NCBI RefSeq assembly: GCF_001194135.2
Contig: NC_068995.1
Location: 37,465,213 to 37,497,717 of the forward strand
DNA from: Octopus bimaculoides
Lineage: Eukaryota
Length of the DNA stretch: 32,505 bases
Direction: 5' to 3'
Shown here piece by piece: positions 1-11,596 of the stretch; position 1 is the stretch's first letter; each line of letters opens with the position of its first letter. The position numbers were made by a program, and so were the translations under genes. Below the pieces are notes generated by a model, which ran no database searches, had not been told where the DNA came from, and saw nothing but the letters and a program-made list of their open reading frames with translations.

Positions 1-54
<54 letters not shown>

Positions 55-56
55 GT
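1..56. repeat. Compound (TA)n/(TG)n microsatellite
   Basis: Direct reading of dinucleotide runs. Confidence 0.97.
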
Positions 57-387
57 ATGTATGTATTAGGGTGTGTGTTGGGGTATCTATTTAATTATTC
101 TAGTAGTTATATTTTGTTTTTATTGGTAGGTTAATATTTTAGTAAGTTTAAGATTTTATATTACAATGACACTACGATTTTTATCAGACTAAATCAATGG
201 TAGTATTTTAATTTATTTCATAATATTATTTAATTTACGATTATTAGTATTATTATTTATTTATTATATATTAGAATTTAATATTTATTAATATGTTTTA
301 TAAGATAACTATAGTTATAATATCGTTAAAGATTTTTTAAAATTAAAACTTTGTATATATATATAAAGTTTAATCTTTTATCCTTAA

Positions 388-447
388 TAATTTTTTCTTT
401 CCTAATTTTTTCATTCTTAATTTTTCCATTCATAATTTTTTCATTCA
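388..447. repeat. 15-bp tandem repeat, 4 copies (TAATTTTTYCWTTCH) in a very AT-rich segment
   Basis: Units start at 388, 403, 418 and 433: taattttttctttcc, taattttttcattct, taatttttccattca, taattttttcattca. Confidence 0.85.
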
Positions 448-634
448 TATTTTTATTATTACGTTTGTAGAAATAAATAATCTTGTATTTTTCTATTATT
501 CAATTGATTTTTAATTATAATTAAATAAACGTCTTTAGCTTTAAATAGTATAGCTTTAACTATTACACCGGTTAAATATGTACTAATTTTATCTTCATTA
601 TTATTTTAAACTTAAACTTCGTTCAAATTGTATT

Positions 635-1166
635 NNNNNNNNNNNNNNNNNNNNNNNNNNNNNNNNNNNNNNNNNNNNNNNNNNNNNNNNNNNNNNNNNN
701 NNNNNNNNNNNNNNNNNNNNNNNNNNNNNNNNNNNNNNNNNNNNNNNNNNNNNNNNNNNNNNNNNNNNNNNNNNNNNNNNNNNNNNNNNNNNNNNNNNNN
801 NNNNNNNNNNNNNNNNNNNNNNNNNNNNNNNNNNNNNNNNNNNNNNNNNNNNNNNNNNNNNNNNNNNNNNNNNNNNNNNNNNNNNNNNNNNNNNNNNNNN
901 NNNNNNNNNNNNNNNNNNNNNNNNNNNNNNNNNNNNNNNNNNNNNNNNNNNNNNNNNNNNNNNNNNNNNNNNNNNNNNNNNNNNNNNNNNNNNNNNNNNN
1001 NNNNNNNNNNNNNNNNNNNNNNNNNNNNNNNNNNNNNNNNNNNNNNNNNNNNNNNNNNNNNNNNNNNNNNNNNNNNNNNNNNNNNNNNNNNNNNNNNNNN
1101 NNNNNNNNNNNNNNNNNNNNNNNNNNNNNNNNNNNNNNNNNNNNNNNNNNNNNNNNNNNNNNNNNN
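635..1166. other. Assembly gap (N-run); other gaps at 3093-3220, 4263-4620, 9174-9315, 17291-18093, 18943-18953, 26358-27007
   Basis: N-runs, nearly all bordered on at least one side by (TA)n or (CA)n. All poly-X ORFs in the track are artefacts of these gaps. Confidence 0.99.
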
Positions 1167-1720
1167 ATATATATATATATATAATAGCACCAGGTGGTGC
1201 TATTAAGTTAGACATGGCCTGGGCGTATACTGCCGGAGACCTATCACAGGTATCAAAGTTATATGTGTATGTGTGTATGTGTCCGTGCGTGTGTGTATGT
1301 GTGTTTGTTAATTATGTACATATGACCTATGTTTATCAGATATATAGACTTCTTTATTTTACCACCAGTTTACGCGCCAGTGCTTCCTTATCTAGCTCTC
1401 TATTTGACCGGCTGCCTTCATCCATCGCTATCAGAACACCTGTGTATCGTTAACGCTAACGTAACCACACGTCAACGCCTAGATACTTAGCCTGACGATT
1501 ACAATTTTGTCCCAATTTAAACAGATTCATCCAGGAATAGAAAAACATGCATTCTTCGTTGAAAAGTTGTCCTTCATATACGTCAGTTTTATCAGCTATC
1601 ATTTTTCTTTTAAGGTTTACTTAAAATCTAGGACTCATATACTCGGTTACGCGGTTTCTATGGCATATAAATAATTCAGAGGTCATCCCCACTCCAATGA
1701 ACGGGACACTAGTCTGATGT

Positions 1721-1803
1721 TGGGTTCAAGGCCAACAATTTTGAGGGAAGGGGCATAAGTCGACTATGTCGATCCCAGTACATGCCTGGGGCTACATTTT
1801 ATT
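1721..1803 (-). mobile_element. tRNA-derived SINE family A, 3' fragment
   Basis: aaggccaacaattttgagggaaggggcataagtcgactatgtcgatcccagta matches the 3' part of the copies at 3476-3667 and 13143-13329. Confidence 0.7.
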
Positions 1804-2132
1804 AGTCCCCCTCTCTCCTTCTTCCTCTTTCTGTCAGTTTACCTTTGTCTAACTCCATGTTGTGTTGTACTCCAAGTAAGTGCAACTTTCCATAAAATTA
1901 TCTTACCTTCCCTGCATCTATCACTATCATCGTTTCTGTAGCCACGAATACTCCTTAAAGCTTTTAGTCCTCAGCCATAATATCACATTCACAACTAAAG
2001 CTGATACTCCGACATGCTATATTCGTCAGAAAATATTCCAATTCAGATTAATAGGATCCTCCTTCCAATATCACATGATAAAATTGCCAGTCACTCAAAT
2101 TGAACTTTCCAATAGCCTGTGTCACACACATG

Positions 2133-2210
2133 TATGTACGTACGTACGTATGTATGTATGTATGTATGTATGTATGTATGTATGTATGTATGTATGTATG
2201 TATGTATATA
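2133..2210. repeat. (TATG)n microsatellite
   Basis: Direct reading; it explains the YVCM/MYVC ORFs. Confidence 0.97.
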
Positions 2211-2213
2211 TGT

Positions 2214-2596
2214 ATTCGTTTATTCCTTTACATGTTTCAATCATTTAACTGCCGCCATGATCGAGCACCACCTTGAAGGGTTTCAATCAAACAAATCGGC
2301 CCCGGGACTTCTTTTTAAGTCTGGTATTTATTATGTCGGTCTGTTTTCCCGAACCACTAATTTACAGGGACGTGAATACCCCAGCATCGGTTGTCAACCA
2401 GTGATGGCGGGACCAAACACAGACACATATACATAGATATATACATATACATACGACAGGCTTCTTTCAGTTTCCGTCTACCAATTCCATTTACAAGGCT
2501 TTGGTCAGCCCGAATCTATAATAGAAGACACTTGCCCAAGGTATTATGGAGTGGAACTGCCCCGGAACCCCATCTTGTTTGGAACCAAGTTTCTTA
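2214..2596 (-). mobile_element. tRNA-derived SINE family B, near full length, with an internal microsatellite; extreme 5' head missing
   Basis: Collinear with 21475-21918, 6321-6975 and 20421-20560 (blocks ttcagtttccgtctacc, gaagacacttgcccaagg, gttgtcaa, gccatg-gagc). The minus strand carries a GGGCAAGTGTCTT CORE-like block. tRNA-derived SINEs (OK/OR1/OR2) are known in octopus, but I cannot map those names to families A and B. Confidence 0.85.
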
Positions 2597-2599
2597 TAT

Positions 2600-2930
2600 A
2601 TGCATGTATGTCATTGTTCACTTTTATTTAAAGATTTCTTGTCTATAAAGAACAGGTTTCTAACCTAGATTCAAAGCTCTTTCATTGGAATTTCATCTTC
2701 AACAACAGGGTATTTTTGCATTTATTTATGTATATATGCAGATTTGTATGTTTTGTTTTATCTATGTATTCTCATACATATAGTTGTATATCTAGACATG
2801 CTCATATATATTTAAATGATAAACTTCTGGAAGGTTTTACAGATTTTTACAGTTCCAGTGATGGATTGGATATGTAGCCTTCGAATTAGCTTTCTCCTTT
2901 CTGGTTTTGGAAGCCTAATTTCTCAAGATT
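2600..2930 (-). mobile_element. 5'-truncated non-LTR retrotransposon 3' end, probably RLE-type (R4/Dong/NeSL-like)
   Basis: Minus strand 2930-2812 reads NLEKLGF-[frameshift]-KPERRKLIRRLHIQSITGTVKICKTFQKFII*. From recall this resembles the C-terminus that follows the RLE endonuclease. About 200 bp of putative 3'UTR with AATAAA follows, then a catacatgcata tail. Clade not verified. Confidence 0.55.
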
Positions 2931-3289
2931 GGTATGTATGTAGTCGTGTAGTCGTTTTATTATCATTATTTTATGATTTTTACTTTGTATTATATTATAC
3001 TTATTTATTGTGCATTTACTTATTAATTTTTCTATATGTGACTGTGGATTTTCATGGATGAGTTCATGAACTTTGATTCATTTCTCTAAAACNNNNNNNN
3101 NNNNNNNNNNNNNNNNNNNNNNNNNNNNNNNNNNNNNNNNNNNNNNNNNNNNNNNNNNNNNNNNNNNNNNNNNNNNNNNNNNNNNNNNNNNNNNNNNNNN
3201 NNNNNNNNNNNNNNNNNNNNTATATATATATATATATATATGGGTGACTAGGTAAACGAAAGAGAAAGGCAATCGACACATTTAGTGTT

Positions 3290-3463
3290 TTAAGTGAGGT
3301 GGAATAATCATTTACATCTATTCCAGTACTTGGTAGGTATTTTAATTTGTTGACCCAAATTGATGAATAACAAAATCGAAATCGGTACTATTTGAACGAA
3401 AACGTAAAGCCGGAAGAACTGCTGTAAACTGCTGCGCTAACATTTCAGCTAATTCGCTGCCTT
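3290..3463 (-). mobile_element. SINE family A, old diverged copy (1 of 3 in tandem)
   Basis: Aligns by eye with 3476-3667 (ttgacc...gatgaa...caaaatcga...atttgaac...aacgtaaag...gctaac...gctgcctt). Confidence 0.7.
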
Positions 3464-3475
3464 CCATGAAATGAT

Positions 3476-3667
3476 CCTGAAGTTTGGGGGAAGGGGACTA
3501 GTCGATTATACCAACCCTAGAATTTCACTGGTACTTCATTTATCGACGTCGAAAGGATATAAGGCAAAGTCAACCTCGGTGGAATCTGAACTCAGAACAT
3601 AGAGACGGGCGAAATACCGCTAAGCATTTCGCCCGGGGTGCTAACGACTTTGCCAGCTCGCTGCCTT
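3476..3667 (-). mobile_element. SINE family A, well-preserved copy (2 of 3)
   Basis: Minus strand has an A-box-like TGGCAAAGTCGTT and a B-box-like GAGTTCAGATTCC, with a GGGCGAAAT/ATTTCGCCC stem between them. The same body recurs elsewhere in the window. Confidence 0.88.
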
Positions 3668-3680
3668 CCTTCCATGAAAT

Positions 3681-3906
3681 AATAATATCCCTTTCCACTA
3701 TAAGTAAAAGGTCTGGAACTTTTGGGGAGAATGTTATGCAATTATACGAATCCCAGTTCTTAAATGGTACTTAATTGATCGACCCCAAGAGGATGAACGG
3801 CAACGTCGATCTCGGCGAAATTTGAGCTCAGAACATAAAGATACGGAAGAAATGCCATGAAAGCATTTTGTCTCGCAAACTAACGGTTCTGCCAGCGCGT
3901 CGCCTT
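3681..3906 (-). mobile_element. SINE family A, full length with a short (TTA) tail (3 of 3)
   Basis: Same head (TGGCAGAACCGTTAG; GAGCTCAAATTTC) and body as the adjacent copy. Confidence 0.85.
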
Positions 3907-4230
3907 CTATGAAATAGTAATATGATCGAAATAGTAATGATACGATAAAATTACTTAAATAAACGAAGCCATTTTTTTACGCCTATCCTCAATGTAGGAT
4001 ATATTATTTATGTTTCTGTTTATCTATTCGTTCACTAACATTCAATCTGTAAGCTGAATATTGATACGTGTAGTGCCGATAGTTTACTTTAGCATATTGC
4101 TATATCAATTTGTTTCGTTACTAACCATGTTATTACAGAATACGAAAGGTTCAACGTTAAAATACATACATTCACGCTTATTAACACTTCTCCCGTCGAA
4201 ATACGCACACACAGACCCCCCCCCAACACA

Positions 4231-4262
<32 letters not shown>

Positions 4263-5509
4263 NNNNNNNNNNNNNNNNNNNNNNNNNNNNNNNNNNNNNN
4301 NNNNNNNNNNNNNNNNNNNNNNNNNNNNNNNNNNNNNNNNNNNNNNNNNNNNNNNNNNNNNNNNNNNNNNNNNNNNNNNNNNNNNNNNNNNNNNNNNNNN
4401 NNNNNNNNNNNNNNNNNNNNNNNNNNNNNNNNNNNNNNNNNNNNNNNNNNNNNNNNNNNNNNNNNNNNNNNNNNNNNNNNNNNNNNNNNNNNNNNNNNNN
4501 NNNNNNNNNNNNNNNNNNNNNNNNNNNNNNNNNNNNNNNNNNNNNNNNNNNNNNNNNNNNNNNNNNNNNNNNNNNNNNNNNNNNNNNNNNNNNNNNNNNN
4601 NNNNNNNNNNNNNNNNNNNNCATTTCTCTTTCTCTATATGTTACTCAGACACATACATGAATTATGTCTGCAAGAGAACACTCAATGAAGAAGACAAACC
4701 ATCAATTTACACAATTGCTTTCACCGATCAATCAAAAAAGACAACTACTTTTAGTTATATCAGACGACATAATAACAGCTATTTTATTTGCAAAGAAAAC
4801 AGCTGTATCATGCTTGGAAACGCTAATGCAGAAGATTATTCAAGTATGTGATTAGATAATGTATTCTTGTATTGATAAGCTCGTGCTGTTTACTATGAGG
4901 TATAACGAAGTAGCTAATGACCGTCATTTGTCTACGTTATCGGAAACGATTGCGATTGTAGTGAAACTTTCGACGAAGAGTGGATTTACAGTGTTACACG
5001 CTAAAATTGAACGTTTTTTTCATGAACAATTTTATATTACACGAAGCATGAATTGTATTTGATAATATCGTAATGATACAAGACTAAAGGACATAGATGC
5101 GTCTGCTTCATAGCAGTAACTTTTAAAACAATTTTATGATGACAATGACCGTCGTGAAACGTGCTTCAACCAGTTCGAAATAGGAGCTAAATCTCATATG
5201 CATCTAGATCATGATTGAAAAGAGATTATGGCTCCGGAAGATTAGGAGTATGTATTTGAATCACGTGGTGTTATCTGGTCGCTAGTTCTTGCAACTGAGA
5301 TAAATATTTCTAGATGAATATTGGCGGGAAAAGAAGTTTGAATTTTAAATGAGAGACCAAGGAAGAAGATGCGTAAAGTATAAATATTTAATTTTTTCTT
5401 ACTTATTACAAATATCCGGCAATGTTTTACTGTTTGTTATAAAATATAATTTTAATCTAATAATAACTCTGGCTCATTGGCTATGGTGCGACCTCAGCGT
5501 AAAGTTATA

Positions 5510-5713
5510 CAGTAACATCTCGCCATATCGCCGTTCACCTATTGCGGTTTATTATCTAAGCTTACGCCGATTCCTCCGTGCTGTTGTTTTGCATTTATAA
5601 CAAAATAGATACATACAAATTATGAAAAAAAATATATATACAGTACTCCAGATTTTCACCTATCGCGGGTTTTTTTTTGGAACGCAACACCCGCAATAGT
5701 CAAGAGATTACTG
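5510..5713. mobile_element. Tc1/mariner-superfamily (pogo/Tigger-like) MITE, 204 bp
   Basis: TA|CAGTAACATCTCGCCATATCGC ... GCAATAGTCAAGAGATTACTG|TA: imperfect TIRs starting CAGTAA with a TA duplication on both sides. Internal repeat ttcacctat(t/c)gcgg occurs twice. Confidence 0.8.
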
Positions 5714-5910
5714 TATTGACATTATTCGTCTCCATTACACCAAACAATGACAAGTTGTTAGAAATAACATCTTTTCTTCATTGCAGCTAACAGGTTAATC
5801 ATAATCTTCCTCTTACATGGATAATCAACAGAATCACTCCTTTCCTTGAATAATCGTGTGTTTTATATCACATTTACTATTAGCAACACGGCTTAATTAG
5901 TAGCCCGACT

Positions 5911-5950
5911 AAAAACAAAACAAAACAAAACAAAACACAAACAAACAAAC
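5911..5950. repeat. (AAAAC)n/(AAAC)n simple repeat
   Basis: Direct reading. Confidence 0.9.
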
Positions 5951-6320
5951 AGGCAAGCAAATATTCACACGTATTCCAAACACAGACACAAACACACGTC
6001 TTGGTCCCTACTTTATTTATCGTAAGAGTTTATTTTACTTCAAAATATTCAGAGCAAGTCTTTGCTCTGAAATGAAATCGATATCATTGTGCGCTAATTA
6101 CAACTGCAGCATGCCATGTGTGACGTGCGCTGATTTTCCTCCTCTAAGCCATTAATAAAAGATCATTTCACAAACCATGAGGTCAGCGGAAATGATGTGT
6201 TTTAACTTGCTATCAAGGCAAACCAATATTTTGTCGTAACGTGTAAGTTTATTGAATGCGTTGACGTATAAATACAAGAATAGAATAATGATGAGAGTAA
6301 TATAAGCAATAGTAACGATA

Positions 6321-6975
6321 TCTTTTATCTTTCATCTTCTTACTTGTTTCAGCAATTAAAGTGCGGCCATGCTGTGGCAATGCCTCAAATGATTTTCATC
6401 GAATTAATCGATTCCTGTATATTTGTTGAAGCTCGGTACTTATTCCATTGGTTTGATTTGCTGAACCGCTCAATTACGGGGTCGTAAACCAACTGACATC
6501 TGTTGTCAAGCGATAGTTGGCGGTAGTGGGGGGCACTAGCACAAAGATGCACACACAGTTATATACACATCCAGTCATATACATATATATATGTATATAT
6601 ATATTGGAAAATGTGTGCGATCCTTGCTAGAGTCATGTATATTTAAAAAACGAAATAGATTCACTGCACTGGAAATCCTAATCAGTTTAATTTATTGTTT
6701 TAATTTTTTAATAATATAAATTTTACACTTTAGTTCGTAGACACACACACACAAACACACACACGCGCGCGCGCGCGCATATACAAAATCTGTATGTGTG
6801 TGTGTATTCATGAATGCATGTATATATGTATAGTAATAAACCTATATGATGAGCTTCTTCCAGTTTCCTTCTATCAAATCCACTTTTAAGGTTTTAGTGG
6901 GTTTGGGACTATAGTAGGAGACACTTGTCCAAGGTGCCACGCAGCAGTAGTGAACCTGGATCCATCTGACTGGGA
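6321..6975 (-). mobile_element. SINE family B, diverged, split at its internal microsatellite by about 250 bp of extra sequence
   Basis: The 3' half (6321-6560) and 5' half (6846-6975) align in order and orientation with 21475-21918. Confidence 0.75.
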
Positions 6976-7520
6976 TATTTCGGATCACAAACTTAACATT
7001 TCAAAATTTCCGGAAGAAACGTATACCACAGCAATGCTTTGCGTAGGTGTGACAATCAAATTAGCTGAAATGTTGACAAGTCGATCATGTTTTCACGAAA
7101 CCGGACTTGCTGTTGCAAACACCCGATGACGTCTCTGAAATACGAAAGATAATGATAGTTTCTATGGAGACATTGATAGATTTTTTTAAATTCAGTACAG
7201 TCACATCAAAAATATAGGTTTTACAGTAACGAATACAAGCAGCGTTACAACTTTTAAACTTGCAGTGACGGATTGAACACCCAAGTTGCTCCCAAATCAC
7301 GTTTTATTGTCTTATCAACAGAAATATGTATTAGATTATTTGATTTGATAAAAAGTAATCAGAAAAAATGCCTAAACATAGCAGCTGACATATTTGTCAT
7401 TATGTGTCTACTGGATTAGTCTTAACAATATAAGTTGCTCAACAATTGTTAAAAGTAATAAGGTTCTGAAAAGAATATGAGAATATATTTACTTTTTTGC
7501 ATTGCAAGAAGTTTATTTCA

Positions 7521-7558
7521 TACATACATACATACATACATACATACATACATACATA
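7521..7558. repeat. (ATAC)n microsatellite
   Basis: Direct reading. Confidence 0.95.
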
Positions 7559-8859
7559 CGCACACAATAATTTGTAACAGGAACAGCGTATTTCGTTATG
7601 CATCTATATTATATAACCAACTATGTGCACAGTACTTGTGCTAGCAGCACAAATGAATCAATTTTTATAGTTATCTCTACAGATTTTCCATAGACTGATA
7701 GTTACGACGTCTCGTATACGAATACGTCTACATAAACAAAGCTACAAAGTTAGAAGTAGGCAATTGGTGCATTTGCTTATTGCAGGAGTTCCTACTTTTT
7801 CTTCATTACCTATTTTTCTATGTATAATGCGTATCACTGAGACTTATAAAATAATTAAATGTAAATCAACTCTCATTAACTAACGAAATGATGTAATAAC
7901 GTGATGTCCACATATGTACTATATGGTCTTCCTACAGAATATTAAAAATTAACGTATTAATGATAAATACGATTATTTCATATCTTTTATCTATGAACTA
8001 AATCTGTTTCTCATAAATGAATTCAATGATGTCCACAAACATACCTCCGGTACTCCATAGATTATACCAATACTAAAAATAAAGATGTTAATGTGAACAC
8101 GAGTGCAGGAATAATAGTAGCAGTTAACTCTAAAATGTAGACTCTTTGCGTTATTTCCAGATTCATGTGTCCGTCACTTCATTTTATTTGATTCTATGTG
8201 AATCACCACCTTTAGTCGTTTCGATTTACATATGCCATCTTAACTACAGTGTAGTGTACACTAACTCTTTGGTTTATAGTAGCATAGATTGATAGCCTAT
8301 GAATTGTTGTAGGTATGTTTATATGAATATCGTCTGTAAATGCATACATATCCGCAAATAATAGATTGATTTGTTCAAATAAACAAAATGAATGACTACC
8401 ATCTATGAGATTATCATTTTAATATAAATATTTTGTGTGAGAACTAGAGCATTTTTGTGTGAGCGTGTGTTTTAGAAGGATTGTGTATCAAAGTCTCTAA
8501 GAGTATTCATTAGGGATGTATGTGTGTGCTTGTTGGTGCCGCTATCAATGCTCTAGGAATGACATTTCTTGTAGATTAGTAAGCCGCACTTAAAATTCCT
8601 ATAGTTTAGGCTGAGTTGCAACGAACTGAAGAATTACAATTAAAGCAGATACATTGACTTTAACAAAAGTAACCTCCTACCGATATTTAAACTTCTATTT
8701 CTGTGTATCTGATATAATAAATGCAAAAATTAATTTCTGTGTGTCAGTGTGTCACGTTTCGACCCCCTCTCTCACTATTCATTGGCACTCCTACTACTGC
8801 TCATGTTGGGGTGAGAGTAATAGTAGGCATATAGACGGTAGTAGATTAACAGTTGTGAT

Positions 8860-9050
8860 GGTAAAGGGGTGATAGTAATAGTATGAGCTGTAGTTGTGAA
8901 AGAGACGGAGGTGACGGTGATGATGGTGGTGGTGGTGGTAGCTGAAACAGTCAGGGACAATGGTGATAGTAAGCGATGTGAAAGAGAGTGGTGATAGTGG
9001 TGGAGAGGAAGGTGGCGAAGACAAAGGTATTGATAGTGGTGGCGTCAGAA
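8860..9050. repeat. Degenerate (GGT/GAT) low-complexity tract
   Basis: gtgatgatggtggtggtggtggt and gtggtgatagtggtgg runs; source of the poly-His and poly-Thr ORFs. Confidence 0.75.
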
Positions 9051-9321
9051 GTCTGAATAGTGAACCGAATGATCTATAATTCGATGAAGTTTACGATATT
9101 TTATAGATACCAACTTTTAGTGAAATTGTTATATTGAACTCTGATGTCGAAGATATATATATATATATATATANNNNNNNNNNNNNNNNNNNNNNNNNNN
9201 NNNNNNNNNNNNNNNNNNNNNNNNNNNNNNNNNNNNNNNNNNNNNNNNNNNNNNNNNNNNNNNNNNNNNNNNNNNNNNNNNNNNNNNNNNNNNNNNNNNN
9301 NNNNNNNNNNNNNNNATATAT

Positions 9322-9380
<59 letters not shown>

Positions 9381-11189
9381 AATTACGTGTATGTGTGTGC
9401 GTTTATGACCCAGCCAGCGAGTGCATATTTTTCATTCCAAAAAGGATTTCCTGTAAAAAACGATACAATATTTTTTTCTTTAGATCTTACACGTTACCGA
9501 TTTAAAAAAATGCTAGTAAAGAAAATAAGTATAGAAACTCAAATCTAAAGTTGGTTCCTAAGAGGTACTTTGCGTTATCAAAATAATTTCATTCATATCA
9601 GTAGCAAAATAATCGTTGTCAAAGGAAAGACAGGCAAAAATAAAAGATGCCAGTATGTCTAAGATACTGTTTCAATCTGAATGACAGAGGAAAACAGTAC
9701 AAGCTTTAGACAGCTTTTGTTATCATTTGCCAAAGGGTTACAAATATAACATTTATTTTAAACAATATCTTTAAACGAAATATGTTTAAAATAAATGTTA
9801 TATTTGTAACAACGGAGAGAAAATATTTGTTATATCGTTTTTCAGAAGACAATTTATTAATGAAAACATCTTTTATTATATTAAAAACAATGTAGAACTA
9901 GACAACTAACCGAGATATATATGGTTCCAATCTTATGACCAGTAGTAATATGCTGCGTCAGCTACAACCCCGCTAAAAACAACAAGAAAAAACTGTTACG
10001 TCTTAAATTTGAGTTTAACGATTCAAGTAAGGACAACCAAGCAATTTTGAACAACTATTATAAGCATTGAACACAAACTAAAATTGAGAGTGATTCGTTA
10101 ATTCATGACACCGTATTAAAAAAAAGACCTTATCTCAGGAAAATAGGGTAAAACTGGGTGCAAAACGTAATGACACGAAAGATTTTATGTTGAGTATATA
10201 CCTGCTATGAGTTTGGCAGTGTCTGTATGCTTTGGAATGGATTTGAGGGTTCATTATATTGTATGTGCAGATTGCACATAAATGGTCGTAGAAATTTGAT
10301 TGGTTCATTCTATTACATGCTAGATTCAGTGTTTTGAATTCCAAGAACAAAATAGTTCAAACTTTTCATAACTGTGAGATTGCACCACTTCTTTAGATAG
10401 GTACAATTAATTTGTCAATGTTTTGACCCAGAATTGCTTTGAACTAGATGCATGATCAAATGCCTCTTAATCTTGGCTCTCCGTCATTATCAAGATTATC
10501 AGTAACTTGAAGGAAATTTGAATGCAGTCAGATGTTCAGTGGCTTCTCGTGATATACTTTGAACACCATACAAAGTTACAGTCAAATATTGTCAGTGAAG
10601 TACAAGAGAATAACTTTCGTGTATTTTCTTAGACGAGGTTAGATATTAAGACGGGAGGATTCTATTAGTTGTGATTTCTATCGGCAAATTCAATCGATAA
10701 GATATAAATCATAAATTATGAAACCCCTAAATTATAGTTGCCCTGTTTAACAACATCTCTGCGCACATATAGAGACGGGTACTTAGCTACCGATGAAATT
10801 CCAAAAGGAGTGAAACCAGTATTTCACTGTCTACGCAACAACAGTTGTTTATGCCTGGCCGATCTCATTTACACGAGTGACATTGATATTTATTTGGTTG
10901 TGCATTACAAAATCAATGTTTAGATACGTATCAAGAGGGAATAAATCTAAATTTTATGGCAATCTATTTTTCTTTTGTTAATTACACACACACACACACA
11001 CACACAACGAGTCCGAAATGTAGAAAAGTTCTATTCTGTATTTACGTTAATTTTAACATCTGTAATATGTTGAATTTCTTGTACAAGCCACTCAAGTTCA
11101 TTCTGGTGGAACAGAAGTATAATTAGTTCAATTTCTTCGTATCACGACCAAATAAAACACTAAAACGGGACAGCAATGTTAATAATATT

Positions 11190-11268
11190 TAACAACAACC
11201 ACAATAAAAATAGCAGCAGCAGCAACAATAATAACAACAATCACAACAAAATAATAATAATAATGATT
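11190..11268. repeat. Compound (AAC)/(AGC)/(AAT) trinucleotide tract
   Basis: Direct reading. Confidence 0.85.
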
Positions 11269-11304
11269 GCTTGAAATTTTGGTACAAGTTCATCAGTGAT
11301 AGAG

Positions 11305-11483
11305 AGAAGGCGTTAATCGACTCCAGCGACCTCAGTTTTTCATTATTACTTTTTAATATGAAACCCGAAAGGATGAAAGGCAAAGAAGACCTCGACAGAA
11401 TTTGAACTGAGAACGTAAAGATGGACGAAATGTCGCTAAGCATTTTGCCCAGCGTGCTAACAATTCTGCCAGCTCACCGCCTT
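11305..11483 (-). mobile_element. SINE family A copy
   Basis: cccgaaaggatgaaaggcaaagaagacctcgacagaatttgaactgagaacgtaaag...gctaacaattctgccagctcaccgcctt matches 3476-3667. Confidence 0.88.
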
Positions 11484-11484
11484 A

Positions 11485-11525
11485 ATGATGATGATGATGA
11501 TGATGATGATGATAATAAAAACAAA

Positions 11526-11595
<70 letters not shown>
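11485..11595. repeat. (ATG)n + (AAT)n microsatellite
   Basis: Direct reading. Confidence 0.97.

Positions 11596-11596
<1 letters not shown>

Noticed and set aside
4664-5340. Two consecutive in-frame ORFs (4664-4855, 4859-5062) suggesting a decayed gene or transposase
   Set aside because: No recognisable motif, and the frame accumulates many stops downstream; cannot be told from chance.
7040-7150. Strong-looking minus-strand acceptor (ttatctttcgtatttcag)
   Set aside because: All three frames hit stops within about 26 codons and no convincing donor follows.
10130-10620. Complex sequence that looked like a decayed transposon ORF
   Set aside because: The minus-strand frames I translated have frequent stops and no identifiable motif.
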